Origin: Nitrospirota bacterium
GTDB taxonomy: Bacteria > Nitrospirota > UBA9217
Length of the DNA: 64,000 nucleotides
Direction: 5' to 3'
Assembly (NCBI GenBank): GCA_963818475.1
Contig: CAWFSF010000001.1
Span: forward strand, 96,001 to 160,000
Below are positions 54,001-64,000 of the stretch, one piece after another. Within the stretch, counting starts at the first letter, position 1, and every line of letters starts with the position of its first letter. The position numbers were made by a program, and so were the translations under genes. Below the pieces are notes generated by a model, which was not told the DNA's origin, did no database searches, and saw only the letters and a program-made list of their open reading frames with translations.

Positions 54001-55410
54001 CTATTCCTTAAACTCCTCTTTCTTCAACCCGTGTTTCGCCATCTTCACATGGAAGTTTTTGATGTTCATCCCCGCATGGTGCGATGCCTTGCTCATGTTG
54101 CCTTTGTACATGCTGAGGACCCTGGTGAGATATTCCTTTTCAAACCGCTCGACCATCTCGGTTTTCATTGTTTTGAACTGCTGCAGCCGGCCGCTGATCC
54201 CGAAAGCCTTGCCGGGTTTGCCGTCGGCGCCTGCAAGCTCAAGATCCATGCGCTGCAGGGCGTCGCTCTTTTCCATGATCACCGCCCGTTCGATGATATT
54301 TTCCAGCTCACGTACATTGCCCGGATAGGAATAATGCATCATAGCGTCAAAAGCCTGCGACGTTATCGACCTGATCTGCTTCTGGTTTTTATCACAGTAT
54401 TTTTTGAGGAAGTGGATCGCCAGCAGCGGCACGTCGTCGATCCGCTCGCGGAGCGGAGGAAGCCTGAGCGGCACGACATTGAGCCGGTAGAAGAGGTCCT
54501 CCCGGAACAGGCGCTCGCTCATGGCGCGCTGCAGGTCCTTGTGGGTGGCCGCGATGAGGCGGACATCGACCTTGATGACCTGGTCGCCGCCGACGCGCTC
54601 CACCTCCCGCTCCTGAAGGACCCGAAGCAGTTTGAGCTGCACCGGCATCGTCATTTCACCGATCTCATCGAGGAACACGGTGCCGCCGTCGGCCATTTCG
54701 AAGCGTCCGATGCGCTGCCGTATGGCGCCGGTGAACGCCCCTTTCTCGTGGCCGAAAAGCTCGCTCTCCAGCAGCGTCTCCGGCAGGGCTGAGCAGTTCA
54801 CGACGACGAAGGGCCGGTCCTTCCTGCGGCTGTTGTAGTGAATGGCCCTCGCGATGAGCTCCTTGCCCGTGCCGCTTTCGCCGGTGACCAGGACCGTTGC
54901 GTCGGTCTCCGCGACGGTACGGATGATCTGGAAAATGTTCTGCATCTGCGGCGTCCGGCCCAGAATGTTGCCGAACTGGTAGCGCTCTTCCACTTCGTGG
55001 CGCAGGCTCTCCACTTCGCGCGAGAGACGGCAGTGTTCCACGGCGTTCTTTACCTGCAGGCTCAAGTCCTCGAACTGGACCGGCTTGGTCAGAAAGCTGT
55101 AGGCCCCCTCCTTCATTGCCTTGACCGCCATCTCGATGGTCCCGTAGGCGGTGATGAGGATCACCGGAATATCGGGCTGCCCGTCCCCTTTGCCCTGTCC
55201 GCTCCGCAGTTGCTCGAGGAATTCCATCCCGGTGAACTTCGGCATCTGATGGTCCACGATAATGGCATCATAGTCCCTGCCCTCCATCTTCTTCAACGCC
55301 TCGATCCCGTCGCCGGCAGTATCCACCTCGTACCCCTCGCGCCGGAGGTTGGCCGTCATCACCAGCAGGATATCCGGCTCGTCATCAACTATGAGAAGAA
55401 CTCCCTTCAT
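54001..55410 (-). CDS. Sigma-54-dependent response regulator (REC-AAA+-HTH)
   Basis: 'GESGTGKEL', '[15 protein letters not shown]', 'FLDEIGE', '[10 protein letters not shown]', 'PGNVRELEN'. Confidence 0.95.
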   Translation of the reverse strand: MKGVLLIVDDEPDILLVMTANLRREGYEVDTAGDGIEALKKMEGRDYDAIIVDHQMPKFTGMEFLEQLRSGQGKGDGQPDIPVILITAYGTIEMAVKAMKEGAYSFLTKPVQFEDLSLQVKNAVEHCRLSREVESLRHEVEERYQFGNILGRTPQMQNIFQIIRTVAETDATVLVTGESGTGKELIARAIHYNSRRKDRPFVVVNCSALPETLLESELFGHEKGAFTGAIRQRIGRFEMADGGTVFLDEIGEMTMPVQLKLLRVLQEREVERVGGDQVIKVDVRLIAATHKDLQRAMSERLFREDLFYRLNVVPLRLPPLRERIDDVPLLAIHFLKKYCDKNQKQIRSITSQAFDAMMHYSYPGNVRELENIIERAVIMEKSDALQRMDLELAGADGKPGKAFGISGRLQQFKTMKTEMVERFEKEYLTRVLSMYKGNMSKASHHAGMNIKNFHVKMAKHGLKKEEFKE

Positions 55411-55477
55411 CGCGCTCCGATCCTTGTTCGTACCAGCCTCTGCAAAACGTTTCCAGACCCCATGGCCCGCCGGGTGT

Positions 55478-57115
55478 TCATTGTCGGCGGAGCTGCCCCG
55501 CAGCGCTGCCGGGCCTTTCTACCACTGCTCCGGCTGTGACCGGCAATCGCACGACAACACGCGTGCCGCCCGCCTCGGGCTGCTCGACCAGGATCTCACC
55601 ACCATGGTTTTTCAGCACACGCTGCACGATGGTCAGACCAAGCCCGGTCCCCTTGATCTTCGTCGTATAGAACGACTGAAAGATTCGGTCCCGGTCCTCC
55701 TCCGGGATGCCCGGCCCGGTATCCTGGATGCTGATCTCTGCATGACCGCCCGCCCCGATTGCCGTCCCCAGCCGGAGTGTTCCCCCTTCGGGCATTGCTT
55801 CCACCGCGTTTCTGAGCAGATTATGCAGGACTTGTTCGAGCTGCAGTTCATCGGCTTCGATAAGCGGCATGACCGGGGAAAGCTCGTAAATGACGGAGAG
55901 GTGCTGGTCCTTCAATTGTTCGCAGAGGGCATCCAATGCCTGATCGAACACCGCGTTGATATTCAGGGTGGTAAAGCGGGTGCGCAATGGTTTGGAAACG
56001 TAGAGAAGGTCGGAAGCGACCTGGTTTACTCTGACGGCCTGGCGTTTGATCAGGCTGACGAATTTCTGAAGTGTTTCATCGCCCGGGTACTCCGCGGCAA
56101 GAAAGTGCGTGGCCCCGGTGATCGCATTCAACGGGTTGCGCACTTCGTGTGCCACTCGCGCGGCCATTTCCCCCAGTTCCGCGAGCCGGCGTGCGTGCTC
56201 AAGACGGTCTGCAAGCCGCATTTTTTCGGACACATCCTTGATATATTCCACCACCTGGACCACGCGGTTGCCCCGGTCCAGGAGCGGAAAGGTGCTGATC
56301 TCGATGAAGCGGTCCCGATCGTCACTGCCATCCCCGCCGGGCGTAAATGCCAGCCGCTTGGTGGTCGAAGCCGGCTGCCCGGTCAGGAACGTTTCTTCAG
56401 CAGGGCAGTCAATGCAGATCTTCGTGTCAAAGGCGCACGCAGTATAACAGTGGTCGCCGAGCTTAATGGAGCGGGAGAGCAGCGAGGTCATTGATTTGTT
56501 CACGGCAGTTACCCGAAATTCGCTGTCCACGACCTGAATGCCGTCGGTAATGCCGTCGAATACGGCAAGGAGTTTCTTTCGCGCGTCAGAGACCTGGTCC
56601 TCCATCTCTTTTTTTCGCGTGATGTCCTCACACACAATGACGACACCGTTGCCCACGGACCAGGCCATTCTGCCGAGGGGATAGACGCTGTAGCTGATGA
56701 CCCTGCGCGGACCGTGTTTGGGATAGAAATCGTACTCGAGCTCCAAAGCAGCCCCGGCTGCCCAAACCGCATCGGTCAGCCGCTCCCACAGCGCCCGCAT
56801 GGCCTGGTCCTCGAAGGTACTGATCCGGCCTACCTCGCCAAAGGGCCTGCCGATGACCTGGGTGCGATGCAGGGAAAAAAGCGATTCGGCTGCCGCATTA
56901 AACACCCTGACCCTGCCTTCCCCGTCAAGCGAGATCACACCAGTGGTCACACTGTCGAGCAGGCTGGCCAGGTGGCGCAGAATATCACGGTCAGGAGGTG
57001 CGGAATGCGTGTCGGGACCGGCTGGCGGCGGAAGCATGTTTCGGACAGCGGCCCTTTCACGCTTCCTCCGAAGAACTGATGCTGCTGAACCGAGGATGTT
57101 TCTAAGGCGAGACAT
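55478..57115 (-). CDS. Cytoplasmic two-PAS histidine kinase (start uncertain, 57115-57145)
   Basis: Two PAS-like regions, the second with 'HCY.AC.....C..CP'; 'AHEVRNPL', 'NAVEAM', 'DTGPGI', 'GTGLGL'. Confidence 0.9.
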   Translation of the reverse strand: MSRLRNILGSAASVLRRKRERAAVRNMLPPPAGPDTHSAPPDRDILRHLASLLDSVTTGVISLDGEGRVRVFNAAAESLFSLHRTQVIGRPFGEVGRISTFEDQAMRALWERLTDAVWAAGAALELEYDFYPKHGPRRVISYSVYPLGRMAWSVGNGVVIVCEDITRKKEMEDQVSDARKKLLAVFDGITDGIQVVDSEFRVTAVNKSMTSLLSRSIKLGDHCYTACAFDTKICIDCPAEETFLTGQPASTTKRLAFTPGGDGSDDRDRFIEISTFPLLDRGNRVVQVVEYIKDVSEKMRLADRLEHARRLAELGEMAARVAHEVRNPLNAITGATHFLAAEYPGDETLQKFVSLIKRQAVRVNQVASDLLYVSKPLRTRFTTLNINAVFDQALDALCEQLKDQHLSVIYELSPVMPLIEADELQLEQVLHNLLRNAVEAMPEGGTLRLGTAIGAGGHAEISIQDTGPGIPEEDRDRIFQSFYTTKIKGTGLGLTIVQRVLKNHGGEILVEQPEAGGTRVVVRLPVTAGAVVERPGSAAGQLRRQ

Positions 57116-58622
57116 GCTTCTCATCGTTGCCGGAACCGGTTGCATGCTGGCGGTAAGCCTGCATCCCGAGCTTCAATAATCCCTTTTCAATAAGACGGTG
57201 GGCGGACTCTGACACGGTTGGGTCGAACTGTCTCCCTGCTTCCCGCTCCAGTTCGGCCAGCACCTCGTCTGCAGAGATCACGCCGCGATAAGGGCGCTCC
57301 GACAGCATGGCGTCCATCGTATCGGAGACGTTCAGCACCCGCGCGGCAAGCGTGATCTGATCGCCTGCCAATCCACGCGGATATCCCGTGCCGTCGTAGC
57401 GTTCGTGATGCTGGTAGATAGCATCGATAATGGCGGGTGAAAACCCGATGGGTTCGAGGATCCTGATCCCGTGTGCCGGATGGTCTTTCATGATGTCGAA
57501 TTCTTCGCGGCTCAGGCGGTCCGGCTTGCTGATGATGCGCTCACTGATGCCGATCTTGCCGACGTCATGCAGGATGGAGGAAATATGGAGTTCCTCAAGT
57601 TGTGTGGGGCTCATGCCCATATCGCGTCCTATGGCGACAGCATATTTGGCGACATTTGTTGAATGCCACCGGGTATAGGGGTCCTTCGCCTCCACGGCGG
57701 CCACCAGCGCCTGAACTGTTCGGAAGTAGTTCTCGCGCAGGCTCTCGTACAGGCCGGCGTTTTCCATGGCCGTGACCACCTGGCTCGACAGGATCAGGAG
57801 CACCTGAAGGTCGCTGGTCGTAAACGGGGGATCGGCAAATTTGCTCACATTGAGCACGCCGAACATCTTGTCCCTGCCGATCAGGGGCACCGACATGGAC
57901 GAGATCGGCATGTTGTCGTGGTTCAGAGCTTCCATAACCTCTTTGTCGGCATGTTTGCCCCTCGATATGATCAGCGGTTTTCGGTTCTTGAGAACAAGCC
58001 CCGAGATCCCTTCGCCGGTCTTGCGCCGTGCCTTCAGGGCCGTCTCCGTCGGTAAACCGTGTGAAGCGCGTATCAGCAGGTTGTCGCTGTTCTCATCAAG
58101 CAGCATGAGCGAAACGCGCTCTACCGAGAATTCCTGCACCAGGACCTCGGTGATGATCTTGAACAGATGAGCAAGGTCGATCTCGGTAACAAGCAGTTTA
58201 CTGATCTCGAAGAGGGGGATCAGCGCCTTCAGCCTGATATTCTCTTTCTGGAGCCTGCTGCGATTCATCGAACGCTCAACCGTGCCGAGGAGTTCCTCCT
58301 GGGTGAACGGTTTCAGCACAAAACCATCAACGCCGCTCATCAGTGATTCGATCGCAGTATCGAGCGTGCCATGTCCCGTAATGAAGATGGTGACGATATC
58401 GCGGTTCAACCCCTTGACCTGATCAAATAGTTCCAACCCGTCCATCCCCGGCATTTTGATATCCGTAATGAGCAGATCCGTCATATTCCGGTTCAGTTCC
58501 TCGAAGGCGGCCTTGCCGTTCGGCGCTGTCGTTACCTGATAGCCCTCTGCCGACAGGATATGAAAGCACAGGTCCCGGATCATTTCTTCATCATCTACTA
58601 CGAGTATTTTTTCACCGGCCAT
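57102..58622 (-). CDS. REC-GAF-HD-GYP c-di-GMP phosphodiesterase
   Basis: REC 'TDIKMPGMDG'; GAF 'GEGISG.V'; 'KDPYT..HS', 'LHDVGKIG', 'HHERYDGTGYP'. Confidence 0.92.
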   Translation of the reverse strand: MAGEKILVVDDEEMIRDLCFHILSAEGYQVTTAPNGKAAFEELNRNMTDLLITDIKMPGMDGLELFDQVKGLNRDIVTIFITGHGTLDTAIESLMSGVDGFVLKPFTQEELLGTVERSMNRSRLQKENIRLKALIPLFEISKLLVTEIDLAHLFKIITEVLVQEFSVERVSLMLLDENSDNLLIRASHGLPTETALKARRKTGEGISGLVLKNRKPLIISRGKHADKEVMEALNHDNMPISSMSVPLIGRDKMFGVLNVSKFADPPFTTSDLQVLLILSSQVVTAMENAGLYESLRENYFRTVQALVAAVEAKDPYTRWHSTNVAKYAVAIGRDMGMSPTQLEELHISSILHDVGKIGISERIISKPDRLSREEFDIMKDHPAHGIRILEPIGFSPAIIDAIYQHHERYDGTGYPRGLAGDQITLAARVLNVSDTMDAMLSERPYRGVISADEVLAELEREAGRQFDPTVSESAHRLIEKGLLKLGMQAYRQHATGSGNDEKHVSP

Positions 58623-58670
58623 TAGAGTAAATCCTCCACCGCGACGCTCATCTCGCCTGACACTTTCACA

Positions 58671-60131
58671 TCAACCGTCGCCCTGGACGTCCTGGACAGG
58701 AATGATCACCTTGAAAACAGATCCCTTGTCGATGACACTCTCAACTTCGATCCTTCCGCCATGGTTCTGCATGATCATGTAACTGATCGACAATCCCAGC
58801 CCAGTACCTCCGCCATCCGGCCTGGCCGAAAAGAAAGGGTCGAATATTTTATCCAGATGTTCTTCGGGGATCCCATGGCCGGTATCGGCAAATTCGACGA
58901 CAACGGATAGCCGACCCGCAATATCCTGTTCCGTCCGGCACCGAATCTCGAGACTGCCGCCTTTGGGCATTGCAAAACATGCGTTATTGATAAGATTGAC
59001 AAATACCTGCCGTATCTCATCGACGTCGATCGACACCTCGGGAAGGATACCGTTGCAGGACGTAGTGACAACAACATTGCTTAACTTAGCCTGCCCCCTG
59101 ATGATCGGCATGATGTCTTGGACGACCATGCTCATATCGGTCTTCACCAACCGTGGCGGTTTTCTGCGTGAAAAGTCCAGAAGGTTCTTCAGGATCTCCC
59201 GGGCGCGAAGCGTCTCCCGTTCCACGGTCCTCAAGTGCTCCTTTTTGTCAGCCGGAATGTCGTCGGCCTTGAGCAATAAGCCCGTATATCCCAGGACGCC
59301 CGTCAGCGGGTTATTCACCTCGTAAGCAATATTCGTTGCCAGCTCGCCGATGGCCGCAAGCTTCGTGCTTTGCAGCAGCTGGCGTTGCGACACGTGAAGG
59401 TTGTGCGTCATGGTGTTGAACGCCTCTCCCAGTTCCGTAAACTCGCTCCCCGGGGCATCCCTAATCTCGACCCGGTGCTGAAGCTCACCGCGGGCGATCC
59501 GCCGGGTTGCTTCGAGAAGCTGCTGCAGCCTCCGGTCAAGTCCTTTTATCAGCGTATAGCCGATGATAAACGCAAGCGCCAGGCCCAGCAGGAGGGTGAC
59601 TGAAAGCACCCAGCGTACCTCACGGATGGTGCTCATGGTTTCCTGGGTCTTTTGTTGGAGCCGGACGTTGGCGGTGAATGCCATTCCCTGAGTCATCGTA
59701 ATAAGCTCTTGCCCGAGGTCCTGCGCGCGACGCTCCAGCACGGCGATGCGCGACGGATTCGCCGATGCGGTAATAAGGCGGCTGATGGCGTTTTTGTAAT
59801 CGTTCGCCATGTCCCGCATCGACGCCAGCCCCTGGGTCAGTTCCGGCGCATGGTGACAACCGACGCAGGAGTCCATCGTCCGGTCCATCTCCTGCACCTG
59901 ACTGATGAGCACATCAATATCTCCACTCTCCCTGATCTTGCTGCGGTAGATGTGCGACTGCACCTGCTGAATGCGAATGATCAGGTCCTCGCGAAGTATC
60001 TCGACTTGATGGAGGAGGACCAGGCGGTCCATCCTGTCAGTGGTCTTGGTGATGTACAGCACCGCGATGACGCTCCCCGCCAGAAATATCAGCAGCAGCA
60101 GGCCAAAACCCAGTAGAATTCTTTTTTTCAT
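58671..60131 (-). CDS. Membrane HAMP histidine kinase with a periplasmic CxxCH motif
   Basis: Two TMs; 'SCVGCHH' between them; HAMP; H-box 'IAYEVNNPL'; 'DTGHGI', 'GTGLGL'. Confidence 0.9.
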   Translation of the reverse strand: MKKRILLGFGLLLLIFLAGSVIAVLYITKTTDRMDRLVLLHQVEILREDLIIRIQQVQSHIYRSKIRESGDIDVLISQVQEMDRTMDSCVGCHHAPELTQGLASMRDMANDYKNAISRLITASANPSRIAVLERRAQDLGQELITMTQGMAFTANVRLQQKTQETMSTIREVRWVLSVTLLLGLALAFIIGYTLIKGLDRRLQQLLEATRRIARGELQHRVEIRDAPGSEFTELGEAFNTMTHNLHVSQRQLLQSTKLAAIGELATNIAYEVNNPLTGVLGYTGLLLKADDIPADKKEHLRTVERETLRAREILKNLLDFSRRKPPRLVKTDMSMVVQDIMPIIRGQAKLSNVVVTTSCNGILPEVSIDVDEIRQVFVNLINNACFAMPKGGSLEIRCRTEQDIAGRLSVVVEFADTGHGIPEEHLDKIFDPFFSARPDGGGTGLGLSISYMIMQNHGGRIEVESVIDKGSVFKVIIPVQDVQGDG

Positions 60132-60143
60132 GGATTATTCACG

Positions 60144-61064
60144 TTACCTGTTATTATAATGGTAGGTTGCCACATCGATCCCCGCCTGTTCAGTCAGCCG
60201 GTACACCGTGTCGTAATCTCCATCCGAGGTCTCGATGAACCCCCGCGCGCCGAACTTCTTGAGCGCAGCAGCCCCCTCGCTGTCCTTCCCCATATCGAGC
60301 AACGCCTGCTTCAGTGCTTTTTTCAATTTCGGATCAAGGTCCTTGCGCACGGCAAAGCAATTCTGCGGAAACGCTTCTGACGCGGCAAGGATCTGCAATT
60401 CCCTGCCGATCCGGGGATCCTCTTGTTCCATCTGATCGTAGATCGTGCTCTTGGCTGCACCAATATCGGCATCCCGGTTCAGAACAGCAAGGATCGCCGC
60501 ATCATGACTGCCCCAAAAAAAAGTCTCTCCAAAATAGGCCTGCATATCCGCGACATGGTGCGCTTTGAAGTACGCAAGTGGGTACAGATACCCCGCACTA
60601 GTCGCCCGCTCAACGAAGGCGAACCGTTTGCCTCGCATATCTGAAGCGTCACGGATCCGGCTATCCCTGCGGACGAACAGGTAGCCGCGATAGGTGGAGG
60701 TTCCGTCGAGATTGATCGGACGGGCGATCGGCTCAACGCCGAGTTGATGGCGGGCAAGGGCATAGGTGAAGCTTCCTAAGAACGCTCCGTCGAGTTTTTC
60801 ACTTGAAAATCGTTCGACGATATTGCCGTAGCGGCTTAAGCTGGTAAGGGTGATCGTAACACCGAGACGATCGGCAAGGTACTGCTTCAGCACAAGATAG
60901 CGTTCTCGCTGGCGGAACACATTCTGTTCAGGGATCAGGCCGATTAGGATTTCCTGTTGCGCATATCCCTTGGCTGCGATTGGTTGTACTTTTTCCTTTG
61001 AGCAGGCAGGTGCGAGCGACAACAGGACCACCAACGCGCTGCATGAGATACGGAAGAGCATCAT
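60144..61064 (-). CDS. PhnD-family phosphate/phosphonate substrate-binding lipoprotein
   Basis: Lipobox APAC; 'GLIPEQN', 'STYRG', 'ATSAGYLYP', 'GSHDAAILAV', 'DYD.V'. Confidence 0.88.
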   Translation of the reverse strand: MMLFRISCSALVVLLSLAPACSKEKVQPIAAKGYAQQEILIGLIPEQNVFRQRERYLVLKQYLADRLGVTITLTSLSRYGNIVERFSSEKLDGAFLGSFTYALARHQLGVEPIARPINLDGTSTYRGYLFVRRDSRIRDASDMRGKRFAFVERATSAGYLYPLAYFKAHHVADMQAYFGETFFWGSHDAAILAVLNRDADIGAAKSTIYDQMEQEDPRIGRELQILAASEAFPQNCFAVRKDLDPKLKKALKQALLDMGKDSEGAAALKKFGARGFIETSDGDYDTVYRLTEQAGIDVATYHYNNR

Positions 61065-63187
61065 GCCGTCGTCTCCTCGTTCTGGCTATCGGGCTGTGCC
61101 ATCCGTGGCGTTTTCTGATAGAGCGGAAGGATCACCCGGAAAACGGTACCGTGTCCTACCCGGCTTGCAGCTTCGATCGTGCCGCCATGATTCTGAATAA
61201 TACGGTAGCTGATTGAAAGACCGAGGCCGGTTCCATCACCGCTCTCCTTGGTCGAAAAAAAAGGCTCGAATATCTTGTTCAGATTTTCCGGCGCGATACC
61301 CACACCGGTATCACCAAATTCCACAACAACTTGTTGGTCCCGCCTCATATTGAGCAGAACCCGGAACTCACCGCCCGATGGCATAGCATGCAGTGCATTA
61401 TACGCTATGTTTATAAAGACCTGTTTGATCTCATCATGATCCATATTGACCATGACCGGAGTGGAGGGATACTCCTCAACAACATGGACTGAGGATGACT
61501 CTGCCATACCCTGCACAAGCGCCATCGTTTCTTTGATCGGAATAATCAGGTCGGCAGGATGCATCCAGGAAGGCTTCGGCCGCGAAAAATCCAACAGGTT
61601 TCTGATGATTTTTCTCACCCGCAGCGTTTCCTGCTCCATCATGCCAAGCATCCTTTTGGGGGACTCAGCCAGATCAACGGTTTTCAGAAGGTAGGTCGTA
61701 TAGCCAAGCACGCTCGTAAGTGGATTATTGATCTCATGTGCAACATTCGCGGCAAGCTCGCCGATCGCGGCCATCTTCGATGAATGAACCAGTTGCTGTT
61801 GCGTGCTTTTCAGCTCCAGCATTTTCTCCTTAAGGTCCGTATAAAGCGAGGCGTTCTGAAGTGCCGCCCCGGCAAGGTTTCCGAAAACCGTAAAAAGACG
61901 CAGATCATGTTTATCAAAGCTGGCAACACCCTTTTTATTGATGACCGTGAGCAGGCCGGTCAGGGTATTCGATGTCCAGAGCGGCACCATCATTAGGGTC
62001 CTGATGCCGAGTGCTTTCATCCGCTCACCATCCAATCTGAAATCAGACTGCGCATCGGGAATGAGGAGCGGCGTTCCATAGCAGGCGAGCCAGTTATAGA
62101 TTCCCCCTGTTTCGAATGGAAGTTCCTGCTCCATGAGCTGCTGTTTTTTGCTTCCATACACGCCAAGATACTGCAGCGTAAAGCGCTTATTGCTAAAAAC
62201 CGATACAGCCGTCGTATCGGCCCGCACAAGATCGTCGGCACGCGCAGCGATCTTGGCCACGAGTGTCTCCAGCTCAAGGCTTTCCATCAGGTCTAGACCG
62301 GCCGTATGGAGGATGAACAGGTCTCTGTTCCAGCTGGACAAACTTGCTTCCCGCTGTTTAAGCGTAAGTGCCATCTGGTTGAAGGCATGGCCGAGCTTGC
62401 TGATCTCGTCCTTTCCTCTAACGGGGAATGGCTTTTCCCAGTTTTGCTGGCTCAGCATGTCAGCAGCATCGCTGAGCGTCCGGATTGGTTTCGTTATGCC
62501 GCTGGTAATAACCTGACTGAAAACCATTCCCACCAATAGAATGGCTATGAGTGCGACCGACGCCCTCTTTGCCAGTCCGGCAAATTTTTCTGCATACCGC
62601 TGGCTTGACATGCCGACCCGGACAAAACCGGTTCTATCCTGTCCGGCCATGACCGGAACGGTCAAATCGTAGACACCGGGCCGTTTAATTAAAAAAACGG
62701 GCGCAGTCGCGCTCCTCATATCGGGACCGAGTGTGACATCATCAACCATCATTTTATTGCCAGTCGGCAAGGTATAAAAGTATGAATCGCTGTTAAAGAA
62801 TGCCGCCGAAGAGCTACTGCCGATAATGAGCGTTCCATCGTGCCGATAAATCATGACATAAAGAAGATCGCTTCCGGTGTGCGCATCGTCCTCCGGCACA
62901 AAAAGCGGGGTTAGTTTTTTGTAGATATCATGACGATTTTCGGCAATGATATCATCCATCGTCAGCGAGGATATTTCTCGGGCGACATAGAGTGCACGGC
63001 CGTGAATTTCCGCATCAAGCATCGCCGTCCCTTCCTGATAAAAGAAAAGGCCAACAAGGAATGAGACCAGCAACAGGGCTACCGCTATCAAGAATGAAAT
63101 CCTGCATCCAACTCCGCCCCACCGCCGCGCGGCGAACTGGTACATGCGTGCCAATATGTGAGAACGTATTATCTTTTTGTCAGCCAT
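61061..63187 (-). CDS. Membrane HAMP-GAF histidine kinase
   Basis: Two TMs; HAMP 'DEISKLGHAFNQM'; GAF with 'VINKK..SFDKHD'; 'AHEINNPL', 'DTGVGI', 'GTGLGL'. Confidence 0.9.
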   Translation of the reverse strand: MADKKIIRSHILARMYQFAARRWGGVGCRISFLIAVALLLVSFLVGLFFYQEGTAMLDAEIHGRALYVAREISSLTMDDIIAENRHDIYKKLTPLFVPEDDAHTGSDLLYVMIYRHDGTLIIGSSSSAAFFNSDSYFYTLPTGNKMMVDDVTLGPDMRSATAPVFLIKRPGVYDLTVPVMAGQDRTGFVRVGMSSQRYAEKFAGLAKRASVALIAILLVGMVFSQVITSGITKPIRTLSDAADMLSQQNWEKPFPVRGKDEISKLGHAFNQMALTLKQREASLSSWNRDLFILHTAGLDLMESLELETLVAKIAARADDLVRADTTAVSVFSNKRFTLQYLGVYGSKKQQLMEQELPFETGGIYNWLACYGTPLLIPDAQSDFRLDGERMKALGIRTLMMVPLWTSNTLTGLLTVINKKGVASFDKHDLRLFTVFGNLAGAALQNASLYTDLKEKMLELKSTQQQLVHSSKMAAIGELAANVAHEINNPLTSVLGYTTYLLKTVDLAESPKRMLGMMEQETLRVRKIIRNLLDFSRPKPSWMHPADLIIPIKETMALVQGMAESSSVHVVEEYPSTPVMVNMDHDEIKQVFINIAYNALHAMPSGGEFRVLLNMRRDQQVVVEFGDTGVGIAPENLNKIFEPFFSTKESGDGTGLGLSISYRIIQNHGGTIEAASRVGHGTVFRVILPLYQKTPRMAQPDSQNEETTA

Positions 63188-63249
63188 AGAAAAACGGTAG
63201 TTAATGTATGCTAAATTTTAACATAAAAGCACTCTCATGTAAACGCCAT

Positions 63250-63283
63250 AAAAAAAGGCAAGGGAGCTAGTCCCTTGCCTTTC
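63250..63283 (-). terminator. Terminator of the alpha (rpoA-rplQ) operon
   Basis: aaaggcaaggga..tcccttgccttt with a U-tract on the minus strand. Confidence 0.85.
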
Positions 63284-63333
63284 ATACATCGTTAAATTAT
63301 ATTGCACAGCCTTTAACATGTACTACAACTGTG

Positions 63334-63738
63334 CTACGCCTTTGGGTTTTCCGCACCCTTCGACACCGATGTGTCCTGCTTTTTGCGTTCAATAAGCTCA
63401 ATTACTGCCATGGGAGCCGCGTCACCGGGACGGTTGCGGGTCAGAATAATTCTTGTATATCCCCCGTTCCTGGTGGCAAAACGCGGCGCAATGGTGGTGA
63501 AAAGGCCGCTAACCACGGCTTCATCGTTAATAAAACTGAGCGCCTGCCGTCTCGCGTGAAGATCACCCCGTTTACCCAGAGTAATCATCTTTTCAGCCAG
63601 CGGTCTGATTTCCTTGGCCTTTGCAACGGTAGTTTCAATCTTTTCGTTCTTCAGCAGCGCTGTCACGAGCATTCGGAGCAATGCTTTCCGATGCGAACTA
63701 TCTCTCCCAAACTGCCTGCCTGCACATGCATGTCTCAT
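63334..63738 (-). CDS. rplQ: 50S ribosomal protein L17
   Basis: 'MRH...[15 protein letters not shown]', '[10 protein letters not shown]', 'RNGGYTRI', 'RPGDAAPM'. Confidence 0.95.
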   Translation of the reverse strand: MRHACAGRQFGRDSSHRKALLRMLVTALLKNEKIETTVAKAKEIRPLAEKMITLGKRGDLHARRQALSFINDEAVVSGLFTTIAPRFATRNGGYTRIILTRNRPGDAAPMAVIELIERKKQDTSVSKGAENPKA

Positions 63739-63769
63739 TGCGATATCCTTATTTCCAATAGTAGATTTA

Positions 63770-64000
63770 TTAGCTCTCGCTCGGCTTTTCTGCCAGCAGA
63801 CGCCGTGCCTCGGATACAATCTTATCATCAACTTTGAGGCCCAGGCCCAAGCCCATGTCCGCAAGAATTTCTTTGATCTCGTTCAATGATTTTCTGCCGA
63901 AGTTCTTGGTCTTAAGCATCTCGCTTTCGGTCTTTTGCACCATTTCAGCAATCGTCTCAATGCCGGCGTTCTTGAGGCAGTTCGCAGCACGAACCGAAAG
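63770..64000 (-). CDS. rpoA: RNA polymerase alpha subunit, C-terminal part (5' end outside window)
   Basis: Manual translation [54 protein letters not shown]...SES*. Confidence 0.95.
   Translation of the reverse strand, partial: LSVRAANCLKNAGIETIAEMVQKTESEMLKTKNFGRKSLNEIKEILADMGLGLGLKVDDKIVSEARRLLAEKPSES

Noticed and set aside
53896-54792. 298-aa plus-strand ORF as a real gene
   Set aside because: Only the first ~18 codons look like a four-helix-bundle relic; the rest is repeat arm and antisense of the sigma-54 regulator.
60144-61064. Phosphonate uptake or utilisation operon
   Set aside because: No phnC, phnE or C-P lyase genes are nearby; the context is signalling only.

Overview
Chromosomal window from a GC-rich anaerobic diderm bacterium. 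Gene content and protein style suggest Nitrospirota or a Desulfobacterota-like lineage (inference; no marker tree run). Many conserved genes (sdhA, uvrB, pepA, folA, folD, gdh, mae, pck, pycB, dinB and others) are split by single-base indels, which points to long-read consensus errors, so I give reconstructed gene spans. Contents in order: (1) a periplasmic redox module with an octaheme OTR-like cytochrome, a small protein ending Gly-Cys, ArsR, a DUF3373-like porin, a TlpA-like thioredoxin and two duplicated lipoproteins that end Cys-TGA before a SECIS-like hairpin; (2) cspA and an M23 peptidase; (3) a C3/C4 carbon cluster (gdh, ACT-malic enzyme, fumC, sdhCAB, FBP aldolase/phosphatase, PEPCK, two-subunit biotin carboxylase); (4) dinB with a GAAC-N4-GTTC box, and uvrB; (5) a large unknown lipoprotein; (6) folA, pepA, rlpA, cca, vapBC, aroBKC, mqnBD, a moaD-moaE fusion, ccdA and an acetogen-type fchA-folD pair; (7) two outer-membrane barrels; (8) a six-gene signalling cluster with a haem-c-motif sensor kinase and an orphan PhnD; (9) rplQ and the 3' end of rpoA. 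The most unusual signal is intergenic: more than 15 palindromic elements with inverted 7-mer or 8/9-mer repeat arms. Several are nested inside one another, and one still carries an internally deleted four-helix-bundle gene. No tRNA, rRNA, CRISPR array or intact transposase was seen.
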